This document shows positions 1-6,362 of a stretch of 12,363 nucleotides of DNA, in pieces. The translations under genes were made by a program, and so were the position numbers. Position 1 is the stretch's first letter; every line of letters begins with the position of its first letter. This DNA is from Clostridiaceae bacterium (lineage in GTDB: Bacteria; Bacillota; Clostridia; Oscillospirales; Butyricicoccaceae), in the NCBI GenBank assembly GCA_034933145.1, contig JAYFOA010000068.1:1-12363 (forward strand). The letters are read 5' to 3'. The notes beneath the pieces are model-generated. The model was given only the letters and a program-made list of their open reading frames with translations, was not told the DNA's origin and made no database searches.

Positions 1-204
1 GGCGGGAATATCCACATAACAGTTTGTGGAGATTTCGCCCATCACCAGAACCATGCCGGTGGTGGCAATGGTTTCGCAGGCCCCATGGGCCCCCGGATCC
101 TGAGAGATGATCGCGTCGAGTACCGCGTCGGAGATCTGATCGCAAAGTTTGTCAGGATGTCCTTCCGTGACGCTCTCTGAAGTAAATAATTTTTTGTTTG
201 CCAT
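1..204 (-). CDS. metK: S-adenosylmethionine synthetase, N-terminal 68 codons (gene continues beyond window start)
   Basis: Reverse-complement translation from the ATG at 204..202 gives [68 protein letters not shown]. This matches the highly conserved MetK N-terminus, including the [13 protein letters not shown] motif. It is absent from the ORF track only because it runs off the window. RBS GAAAGGAAGG is upstream. Confidence 0.85.
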   Translation of the reverse strand, partial: MANKKLFTSESVTEGHPDKLCDQISDAVLDAIISQDPGAHGACETIATTGMVLVMGEISTNCYVDIPA

Positions 205-230
205 ACTGCTGCCTTCCTTTCAAATTCGGG

Positions 231-261
231 ACAAAAAACAGGCCCCCGATGAAGGAGCCTG
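231..261 (-). terminator. Intrinsic terminator hairpin forming the expression platform of the metK leader riboswitch
   Basis: Minus-strand RNA caggcuccuucaucgggggccug forms an 8-bp GC-rich stem with a 7-nt loop. It is followed by UUUUUUGU and lies about 25 nt upstream of the metK start codon. Confidence 0.6.
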
Positions 262-372
262 TCGCAATATCTATAGACCACTCCTTATCGCTGTCAGCGG
301 AACCACCTTGCCGTCACGACAGGTTGGTGTGCGGTCATCGAGCTGACTCTCTACCGCAACTCTGGATAATGG
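262..372 (-). ncRNA. SAM-I (S-box) riboswitch aptamer in the metK 5' leader
   Basis: Minus-strand sequence cauUAUCcAGAGuugcgguAGAGAgucagcucGAUGAccgcacaCCAACC...cAAGGUGguuCCgcugacagcGAUAAGgag contains S-box-like elements. These are a UUAUC/GAUAA P1 closure, AGAG, GAUGA, CAACC and AAGGUG. It sits between a sigma-A-like promoter and metK and is followed by a terminator. metK is the classic S-box-regulated gene in Firmicutes. I could not run a covariance model. Confidence 0.55.
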
Positions 373-402
373 CGTCTGTTCAGTTGTCCTGTTTACATTT
401 GA

Positions 403-431
403 AGTATACCATATTATTGCAAAAATTTCAA
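403..431 (-). promoter_or_regulatory. Sigma-A-type promoter for the metK leader (TTGAAA -17- TGgTATACT, extended -10)
   Basis: On the minus strand: TTGAAAtttttgcaataatatggTATACT. This gives a 17-nt spacer and a TG extended -10, about 25 nt upstream of the predicted riboswitch start. Confidence 0.5.
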
Positions 432-565
432 CCCCCTGCATTTTTCAATATTTTGTAACAACGGCAAAAAACTTTGATTCGGAGGCAGTATGCATTTTTC
501 GGTTTCTCCCGATCTGTCTGGATTCGAAGCAGCCGTCCCCTTGTTTCCTCTTCTGGCAAATATTG

Positions 566-594
566 TTGTATCCCGCAATGCGCTTTGCTATAAT
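566..594 (+). promoter_or_regulatory. Sigma-A-type promoter for the tandem M55 peptidase genes (TTGTAT -17- TGcTATAAT)
   Basis: TTGTAT at 566-571, then a 17-nt spacer, then TG at 586-587 and TATAAT at 589-594. RBS AAAGGAG at 615-621 precedes the ATG at 630. Confidence 0.5.
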
Positions 595-629
595 GGGCTT
601 ATATTCAGGAAAGACAAAGGAGTGATTCC

Positions 630-1427
630 ATGAAAGTATTTATCAGCGCGGACATCGAGGGCGTTACCAACACGACCATCTGGGAGGAGACCGAAAAGGA
701 CCAGGCGGTCTATGCTGCCGCTGCCCGACAGATGACGGCGGAAGTCAAGGCCGCCTGCGAGGGTGCCATCGCCGCCGGTGCGGATTACATCCTGGTTAAC
801 GACGCCCACGACTATGCCGTCAATCTGGATTTGTCCCAGCTTCCCGAGTGCGCCGAGGTTATCCGCGGCTGGACCGGCAGCCCTTATGCTATGGTGGACG
901 GCATCGACAAGCGCTTTGACGCCGCCATGTTTGTCGGCTATCATTCCGCCGCCGGCCGCTGCGGAAATCCGCTGTCCCATACCTATACCACCAAGACCGT
1001 CTGGGTCAAATTAAATGGTGTCAAATGCAGCGAGTTCCGTCTCTATAGCTGGGCGGCGGCAATGGAAAATGTACCCACCGTCCTGCTTACCGGCGATAAA
1101 ATGTTGTGTGAGGACAGCAAGGACATCCATCCGATGTGCAAGTCCGTCGCCGTTAAGGACGGATTCGGCGGCCTGACCCGTTCCATCAGCCCGTCGCTGG
1201 CCTGCAAAAAAATCCGGGAAAATGCGGAGGCTGCCCTGAAACAGGACCTTTCCAAGGCGCTGTGCACCCTGCCGGAGCATTTTGTGTTTGAGGTATGCTA
1301 CAAGATTCATGAGCATGCCATCGCCCGCTCTTATTATCCCGGTTTCCAGCTGGTAGAAGACAATGTCATCCGCATGGAGACCGACAACTTTATGGACGTG
1401 CTGCGGGCTGTCGTCTTTGTCTTGTAA
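630..1427 (+). CDS. Peptidase M55 family D-aminopeptidase (DppA-like), copy 1
   Basis: 265-aa ORF with a good RBS. The N-terminus MKVFISADIEGV, the ILVNDAHD motif and VGYHSAAG...SHT resemble B. subtilis DppA (MKLYMSVDMEGISG..VLVNDSH..LGYHA). The size is typical for the M55 family. Confidence 0.8.
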   Translation: MKVFISADIEGVTNTTIWEETEKDQAVYAAAARQMTAEVKAACEGAIAAGADYILVNDAHDYAVNLDLSQLPECAEVIRGWTGSPYAMVDGIDKRFDAAMFVGYHSAAGRCGNPLSHTYTTKTVWVKLNGVKCSEFRLYSWAAAMENVPTVLLTGDKMLCEDSKDIHPMCKSVAVKDGFGGLTRSISPSLACKKIRENAEAALKQDLSKALCTLPEHFVFEVCYKIHEHAIARSYYPGFQLVEDNVIRMETDNFMDVLRAVVFVL

Positions 1428-1437
1428 GAGGTGGCGT

Positions 1438-2244
1438 ATGAAAGTCTATATCAGCTGTGACATTGAAGGCATTGCCACCACAACTCGCTGGGAGCAGACC
1501 CATACCGTCACGGAAAATGCCAAGGCCGCGCCCTATGCCCGCCAGATGACCGAGGAGGTCAATGCCGCCTGCGAGGGCGCCATCGCCGCCGGCGCGGATT
1601 ATATTTTGGTCAAGGACGCTCATGGATCCGGCACCAACATAGACATCTCCCGCTTTCCCGAATGCGTGGAAGTCATCCGCAGCGGATCGGGCAGCCCGTT
1701 TTCCATGGCGGATGGCGTCCAGACCGCCGATTTTGACGCGGCCATGTTCGTCGGCTATCACTCCGCCGCCGGCCGCTGCGGCAACCCGTTGTCCCATACC
1801 TTTACCACCAAGACCGTCTGGGTCAAATTGAACGGCGTAAAGTGCAGCGAATTCCGCCTTTTCAGCTGGGTGGCCGCCCTTTGCGGCGTGCCCACCGTTC
1901 TGCTGTCCGGCGACCGGATGCTGTGTGAGGACAGCCGAGATTTGCATCCGAAACTTCTTACCGTGCCGGTCAAAGACGGGCTTGGCGGCATGACCCGCTC
2001 GCTCCACCCTGTTCTGGCCTGCCGCCGGATCAAAGATGCCGCTGAGCGTGCGCTGCGGCAGGATCTCTCGGACGCGCTGTGCACCATGCCGGAGCATTTT
2101 GTGTTTGAAATCTGTTATAAAGAGCACCGGGATGCGGTGGCCCGGTCCTTCTTCCCGGGTTTTTCCCTTGTGGAGGACAATGTCATCCGTATGGAAACCG
2201 ACGCTTATTGGGAGGTACTCCGTAGCATCCGGTACATTCTCTGA
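1438..2244 (+). CDS. Peptidase M55 family D-aminopeptidase (DppA-like), copy 2 (tandem paralog)
   Basis: The ORF track shows 1363..2244. The ATG at 1438 (MKVYISCDIEGI) aligns with the copy-1 start and has RBS AGAGGTGG 3 nt after the copy-1 stop. The protein is about 60-65% identical to copy 1, with identical blocks AACEGAIAAGADYILV, AAMFVGYHSAAGRCGNPLSHT and TTKTVWVKLNGVKCSEFRL. Confidence 0.8.
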   Translation: MKVYISCDIEGIATTTRWEQTHTVTENAKAAPYARQMTEEVNAACEGAIAAGADYILVKDAHGSGTNIDISRFPECVEVIRSGSGSPFSMADGVQTADFDAAMFVGYHSAAGRCGNPLSHTFTTKTVWVKLNGVKCSEFRLFSWVAALCGVPTVLLSGDRMLCEDSRDLHPKLLTVPVKDGLGGMTRSLHPVLACRRIKDAAERALRQDLSDALCTMPEHFVFEICYKEHRDAVARSFFPGFSLVEDNVIRMETDAYWEVLRSIRYIL

Positions 2245-2265
2245 ATTTCAGTTTAAATTTAAAAA

Positions 2266-2293
2266 AAGAACGGAGCGCAGGCTCCGTTCTTTT
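2266..2293 (+). terminator. Rho-independent terminator after the M55 gene pair
   Basis: gaacggagc-gcag-gctccgttc forms a 9-bp stem followed by TTTTTT. An A-tract precedes it, so it may act bidirectionally. Confidence 0.7.
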
Positions 2294-2314
2294 TTCTGTC
2301 TTTTTGCGCAACAT

Positions 2315-2342
2315 TTTCCAAACATATCGACAAAAACGCCGA
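2315..2342 (+). promoter_or_regulatory. Possible forespore sigma-G/sigma-F-type promoter for the SASP gene
   Basis: CATACTA at 2336-2342 matches the sigma-G -10 consensus CATnnTA. ACATA lies about 16-17 nt upstream, against the -35 consensus GnATR. SASP genes are canonical sigma-G targets. Confidence 0.35.
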
Positions 2343-2384
2343 ACATACTATGGACGTAAACTTCATGAAAAGGAGAAAAATCTC

Positions 2385-2582
2385 ATGACCAGCAACAACA
2401 ACAAGTCCAATATGACTTCTGCGGCCAAGGAGGCTCTGCATCAGTTCACGATGGAGACCGCCCGCGAGGTCGGCGTCAACCTGAAGGAAGGCTACAATGG
2501 CGACCTGACGAGTCGTCAGGCCGGCTCCATCGGCGGCCAGATGGTCAAAAAGCTTATCCAGCGCGCCGAGAGCAGCCTGTAA
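2385..2582 (+). CDS. Small acid-soluble spore protein, alpha/beta type (SASP)
   Basis: The ATG at 2385 is preceded by AAAGGAG. The 65-aa product MTSNNNKSN...AKEALHQFTMETAREVGVNLKEGYNGDLTSRQAGSIGGQMVKKLIQRAE matches the alpha/beta SASP signature (E-x-A-x-E-x-G-V...YNGDL(S/T)SRQ.GS(V/I)GG(E/Q)MVK(R/K)(L/M)(V/I)). The track ORF begins at 2304, but that upstream extension lacks an RBS. Confidence 0.85.
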   Translation: MTSNNNKSNMTSAAKEALHQFTMETAREVGVNLKEGYNGDLTSRQAGSIGGQMVKKLIQRAESSL

Positions 2583-2603
2583 ATCTCATACTGACGCGAA
2601 TGG

Positions 2604-2637
2604 CGCGGAGGGCAGTCGCCCTCCGCGCACTTATTTT
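2604..2637 (+). terminator. Terminator after the SASP gene
   Basis: gcgcggagggc-agtc-gccctccgcgc forms an 11-bp GC stem. It is followed by acTTATTTTAT. Confidence 0.6.
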
Positions 2638-2679
2638 ATGAAAAAATTAGCGGATGCATTCAAAAATCTCGCTGGTGTA

Positions 2680-4095
2680 TCATTCCGCTGCTTCCGCCGC
2701 CGGCTTTTCCGTCTGCGGCAGCTCCGCCGTTTCGGATGCCGCGGCCGGCTTTGCCAGATATTCCGGCAGCTGCATTCCTGCCATGTTGAACAGCTCCGCC
2801 ATCGGCGGAATGGATTTCATCATCCCGGACAAAAAGTTTGCCGTAGCGGGTGTGCCGTCCTTTCCGCCCATTCCGTCCCAAACCGTGACCTTGTCGATCT
2901 TGATATTCTTGATGGCCTCCACCTGTACCTTGATCAGGTCTTCCAGCTTGTCGGCCACCATCAGCCGGATTGCATCGTCTGCCTTTCCGCCCGCCGCCCG
3001 AACGATCTCCGCAAGACCGGCGGCCTGTTTGGTCAGGATTTCCTGCATGCCGCGGCCTTCCGCCTCCATTTTGGCGAAAATCGCGTCGGCCTCGCCGCGC
3101 GCCCTACGGCGCAGCTGCTCCGCGTCGGCTTCGGCGGCAATTTCCACCTTGCGTTTTTCGATCTCGGCCTTAACGATGACATCGGCCTCCTGCGTGGCCC
3201 TCTCCTTGTCGGCACGCACCAGTTCGGCAGCCTTTTCGGCAGAATACGCCTCTTCCAGCGCCTTTGCTGCCATGATCTTTTCGGCAGAGACTGCGCGGCG
3301 GTTGGCATCGGCTTCCCGTTCACGGCGGGTCGCATCCGAATCGGCGACCTGCGCCTTCGCATTGTTTTCACCCTGAATGGCCTCGGAGTTTGCTTTCGAA
3401 ACCTGAATTCTCTGCTCACTATTGGCGTTTGCTTCGCCGATGGCGCCTTCACGATCGGCCTCGGCCACCGATTTCTTGGCATCATTGATGGCCTTCGCGG
3501 CGGCCTCTTTGCCGAGGGCCGTGATGTACCCCGACTCATCGCTGATGTCGGTCACGTTTACGTTGATCAGGCGCAGACCGATCTTTTTCAGTTCGGTCTC
3601 TACGTTGCCGGATACGGCTTCCAGAAACTTATCCCGGTCGGTATTGATCTCCTCGATGTCCATGGTGGCAATAATCAGGCGCAGCTGACCGAAAATGATA
3701 TCCTTTGCCAGCTCCTGAATCTCGGTGAGTTTCAATCCGAGCAGGCGCTCTGCCGCATTCTGCATGACACCGGCCTCGGTGGAAATACCCACGGTAAAAC
3801 GGGAAGGAACATCGATGCGGATATTCTGCCGGGACAGCGCATTGGTCAGATCGACGCTGATGGACAGCGGTGTGAGATCCAGATATTCAAAGGACTGGAA
3901 AATCGGCCAGATGAATGCTGCGCCGCCGTGAATGCAGCGGGCCGAGCGGGAAGTCCCGTCCGGGTTGTTGCCGACCTTACCATATATGACCATAATTTTG
4001 TCGGACGGGCATTTGCGATACCGGGAAAGGATCACGATGATGGTAGTGATAAACAGCACGGCCACCACAAGAAGCAAAATGAGCAAACTATCCAT
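2680..4095 (-). CDS. floT: Flotillin (SPFH/band-7 domain; FloT/YuaG-like)
   Basis: 471-aa protein with an N-terminal TM segment (LLILLLVVAVLFITTIIVIL) and an SPFH domain. It has a long Ala/Glu-rich 'EA-repeat' coiled-coil region and a C-terminal VWDGMGG segment. Overall it is collinear with B. subtilis FloT. Its start overlaps the nfeD stop (ATGGATAG), and the RBS GGAGGT lies inside nfeD. Confidence 0.85.
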   Translation of the reverse strand: MDSLLILLLVVAVLFITTIIVILSRYRKCPSDKIMVIYGKVGNNPDGTSRSARCIHGGAAFIWPIFQSFEYLDLTPLSISVDLTNALSRQNIRIDVPSRFTVGISTEAGVMQNAAERLLGLKLTEIQELAKDIIFGQLRLIIATMDIEEINTDRDKFLEAVSGNVETELKKIGLRLINVNVTDISDESGYITALGKEAAAKAINDAKKSVAEADREGAIGEANANSEQRIQVSKANSEAIQGENNAKAQVADSDATRREREADANRRAVSAEKIMAAKALEEAYSAEKAAELVRADKERATQEADVIVKAEIEKRKVEIAAEADAEQLRRRARGEADAIFAKMEAEGRGMQEILTKQAAGLAEIVRAAGGKADDAIRLMVADKLEDLIKVQVEAIKNIKIDKVTVWDGMGGKDGTPATANFLSGMMKSIPPMAELFNMAGMQLPEYLAKPAAASETAELPQTEKPAAEAAE

Positions 4096-4792
4096 TTTTT
4101 ACCTCCGTCTCTTGTTTTTTAAGTTGTGTTTCCGCAGGAATGACGATCAGGGTATCCTCATCCTCCATCCCTACCACCCGTACGAACTCGCCGGGTTTTA
4201 AATCGCGGTCTGAGGTTGTCACCGCACCGCATTCGGAAAAGCGGCCCTGAAAGGTCAGCGTGACCTTTCCCTCACTTTTTCCGCCGGCCGGAATCCGGAT
4301 ATACACCTTCGCCGTCTTTCCGACCGCATTGCTCAGCAGCTGATTGCCTGCGGACTGAAGCCTGGTTGCTTCCCGGAACAGCAGGGCGATCCCGTACAAT
4401 GCCGCCGTCCCCGCAGATATTGCCAGCGTGACGGTCAGTATGGGCGGAAGACCCGCACCGTCCAGCACAATGCCGGTCCATCCGCCAACCGATAGAAATG
4501 CGACGATCCCGCGGATGCTGAACAGGGCAAGCCCGTCTCCGCCGTCTGCCGTCCCGTCATCAGGTGCATCCATTTCCTCTGTCCCATCGGGTCCGCCGGC
4601 GGCATCGATTCCATCGATCCCGTCGGGGCCGTCGCCAATACCGTCGACTGATGTCGAGTCGCCGGTATCCGTATCATTCCCCAGTCCGATGATGACCAGT
4701 ACCGTCTGAATGACCAGCACCAGCGTTGCGGGCAGCGCGGCAAAAGCAAAAATTCTCTGTAGACTTGAGAGCGCTTCCCACCATTCCCGCAT
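4088..4792 (-). CDS. NfeD-family membrane protein (YuaF-like), partner of flotillin
   Basis: 234-aa protein with N-terminal and central hydrophobic helices and a C-terminal beta-rich OB-fold-like region (KVYIRIPAGGKSEGKVTLTFQGRFSECGAVTTSDRDLKPGEFVRVVGMEDEDTLIV). It lies immediately upstream of flotillin and is translationally coupled to it (8-nt overlap). This is the canonical nfeD-floT (yuaF-yuaG) arrangement. RBS AAAGGGGGG is upstream. Confidence 0.8.
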   Translation of the reverse strand: MREWWEALSSLQRIFAFAALPATLVLVIQTVLVIIGLGNDTDTGDSTSVDGIGDGPDGIDGIDAAGGPDGTEEMDAPDDGTADGGDGLALFSIRGIVAFLSVGGWTGIVLDGAGLPPILTVTLAISAGTAALYGIALLFREATRLQSAGNQLLSNAVGKTAKVYIRIPAGGKSEGKVTLTFQGRFSECGAVTTSDRDLKPGEFVRVVGMEDEDTLIVIPAETQLKKQETEVKNG

Positions 4793-4874
4793 GATATACC
4801 CCCCTTTCTGATGGTTTTCATATATAAACCGGCCGGCAGCAAACGCTTTCGACTGCGCACACCGCCGGCATTTA

Positions 4875-5438
4875 TTATTCTCTCAGCTGGTCGAGCATGC
4901 GCTCAGCGTCGTCTTTCATGCAGGCGCAGCTGTAACCTGTCACCAGGATTTCCAGCGCCCTGCGAAGCCGTTCCGCCGCCCCGGGAATTGTCTCTTTGTA
5001 TTGCCGCACGCACCCATCGATGGCATCATGCAGCTTTCGGCGGTCCCCCAGATCAGGGGCTCCGCTCTCTGTAATGATCCGACAGAAGTATTCATACAGC
5101 ACCGACTCCGGAATAATGTCATCGGAGAGGTCGTCAACCCTGCCGTTGATATAGGACAGAAGAAAAGCAATGGATTCGAGTGAAAATACCCCGCGCAGCA
5201 TATTGATAATCAGGATCCGCGACACCTGATCGATGCCATATCGTTTCTTGATCGGAGGAGAAACCCAGCCGCGCTTCACCCAGTTCTGAAGCGCCGGCGC
5301 ATCCAGTCCCGTGATCTCCCGAACCTGGGAGAGCATCAGTCCCGAAGTTGCCGTAAAGATTCCTGAAAGGAATCCGCACCCACCCGGTCCCGATCCGTTC
5401 GCCGCGGGAATCACCGTTCCAGGTATATTCATCCGCAT
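4875..5438 (-). CDS. Hypothetical protein, probable MerR-like HTH / DUF1836-family protein
   Basis: 187-aa ORF with the same orientation as nfeD-floT. The segment LSQVREITGLDAPALQNWVKRGWVSPPIKKRYGIDQVSRILIINMLR resembles the DUF1836 / MerR-type helix-turn-helix signature found in Firmicutes. The RBS GGAAAGGGGG abuts the start. The true start may instead be the internal Met at +2 codons (MNIPG...). Confidence 0.65.
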   Translation of the reverse strand: MRMNIPGTVIPAANGSGPGGCGFLSGIFTATSGLMLSQVREITGLDAPALQNWVKRGWVSPPIKKRYGIDQVSRILIINMLRGVFSLESIAFLLSYINGRVDDLSDDIIPESVLYEYFCRIITESGAPDLGDRRKLHDAIDGCVRQYKETIPGAAERLRRALEILVTGYSCACMKDDAERMLDQLRE

Positions 5439-5463
5439 CCCCCTTTCCTTCGTCCTTGTCTCT

Positions 5464-5492
5464 ATTAAAACACAAGTTCATATGAATGTCAA
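5464..5492 (-). promoter_or_regulatory. Candidate sigma-A promoter for the DUF1836-nfeD-floT cluster (TTGACA -17- TTTAAT)
   Basis: Minus-strand TTGACA (plus 5487-5492) and TTTAAT (plus 5464-5469) with a 17-nt spacer. The promoter is embedded in an AT-rich inverted repeat. Confidence 0.35.
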
Positions 5493-5537
5493 TAGAGTTT
5501 ATATGAACTTTTTATATTTTCTTTTGAATTCTTTGTG

Positions 5538-6362
5538 CTAGCAGTTGCCTGTATATACATATCGCAGATGCTTCGCCGCGATGTCCCGCAGCCGATAGAT
5601 TGTCTGTACCGGCGTCGGACTGCGGTCGCATAACCGATACTGGGGGAAAAATCGGCTGATATGCAGGGGAATGGACATATCCACCGAGGCAATCCATGCG
5701 CCGATCGCCTCCATATCCTCATCCGTATCATTTTCTCCCGGTATAACCAGCGTCGTCACCTCCACATGGCATCGCGGTGCGGAAAGGGCAATGGTGCGCC
5801 GGACGCTTTCAAAATCCCCTCCCACAAAATCATAAAACGTCTGCGAAAAGCCCTTTAGATCCACGTTCATTGCATCGATGTGCGGCAGCAGTTCCTCCAG
5901 CGGCCCTTCGCATACCGTCCCGTTGGTGATGAGGACGTTTTTCATCCCGGCGGCATGGATCAGCTCTGCACAGTCACGAACGTATTCGTATCCCACCAGC
6001 GGCTCATTATAGGTAAAGGCCAATCCGATATTTCCGCGGCTCTGCAGCGCGCAGGCCCGCGCGACCAACTCTTCCGCCGGGAAAAAGACCGTCTCCGCCT
6101 CCGCGCCCGCCATGGAAATGTCGCTGTTCTGGCAGAAGGGGCAGCGCAGGTTGCAGCCGTAGCTGCCGACGGACAGAAGATAGCTTCCGGGATAAAACCG
6201 TGCCAGCGGCTTTTTCTCAACGGGGTCGAGAGCCATCGAGGTCAGCTTTCCATAATTATCGCAGACAACCCGGCCGCCGACGTTTTTCCGCGCGCGGCAG
6301 AGGCCGGTCTGTCCTTCCTCCAGCGCGCAGTGGTGAAAACAAACAGGGCAGATCGCTCTCAT
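5538..6362 (-). CDS. AmmeMemoRadiSam-system radical SAM enzyme (pyruvate formate-lyase activase-like)
   Basis: 274-aa protein. The N-terminus MRAICPVCFHHCALEEGQTGLCRARKN...DPVEKKPLARFYPGSYLLSVGSYGCNLRCPFCQNSDIS carries the CxxxCxxC radical-SAM cluster motif in the family-specific GCNLRCxFCQN context. Its start overlaps the stop of the upstream Memo-AMMECR1 gene (ATGA). Confidence 0.85.
   Translation of the reverse strand: MRAICPVCFHHCALEEGQTGLCRARKNVGGRVVCDNYGKLTSMALDPVEKKPLARFYPGSYLLSVGSYGCNLRCPFCQNSDISMAGAEAETVFFPAEELVARACALQSRGNIGLAFTYNEPLVGYEYVRDCAELIHAAGMKNVLITNGTVCEGPLEELLPHIDAMNVDLKGFSQTFYDFVGGDFESVRRTIALSAPRCHVEVTTLVIPGENDTDEDMEAIGAWIASVDMSIPLHISRFFPQYRLCDRSPTPVQTIYRLRDIAAKHLRYVYTGNC

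Noticed and set aside
1363-1437. Upstream extension of M55 copy 2 (track start at 1363)
   Set aside because: The extension overlaps the copy-1 3' end in another frame and lacks an RBS. The ATG at 1438 has RBS AGAGGTGG, and its N-terminus aligns with the copy-1 start (MKV(F/Y)IS(A/C)DIEG).
1390-2127. 245-aa minus-strand ORF, and the 588..980 and 1011..1316 minus ORFs, opposite the M55 peptidase genes
   Set aside because: These are antisense shadow ORFs with Gly/Ala/Arg-rich composition and no RBS. The plus-strand genes carry clear family motifs.
2638-4122. 494-aa plus-strand ORF (and the nested 2654..3376 and 3033..3539 ORFs) antisense to the flotillin gene
   Set aside because: Its composition is rich in Arg/Gly/Leu/Phe and low-complexity. 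It has no RBS and sits entirely opposite a strongly supported flotillin CDS. This is a typical shadow ORF in GC-rich DNA.
4560-4680. Short tandem-like DNA repeats (atcgatcc/atcgattcc) inside nfeD
   Set aside because: They merely encode the Asp/Gly-rich low-complexity segment (DGIDGID). This is not an independent repeat element.
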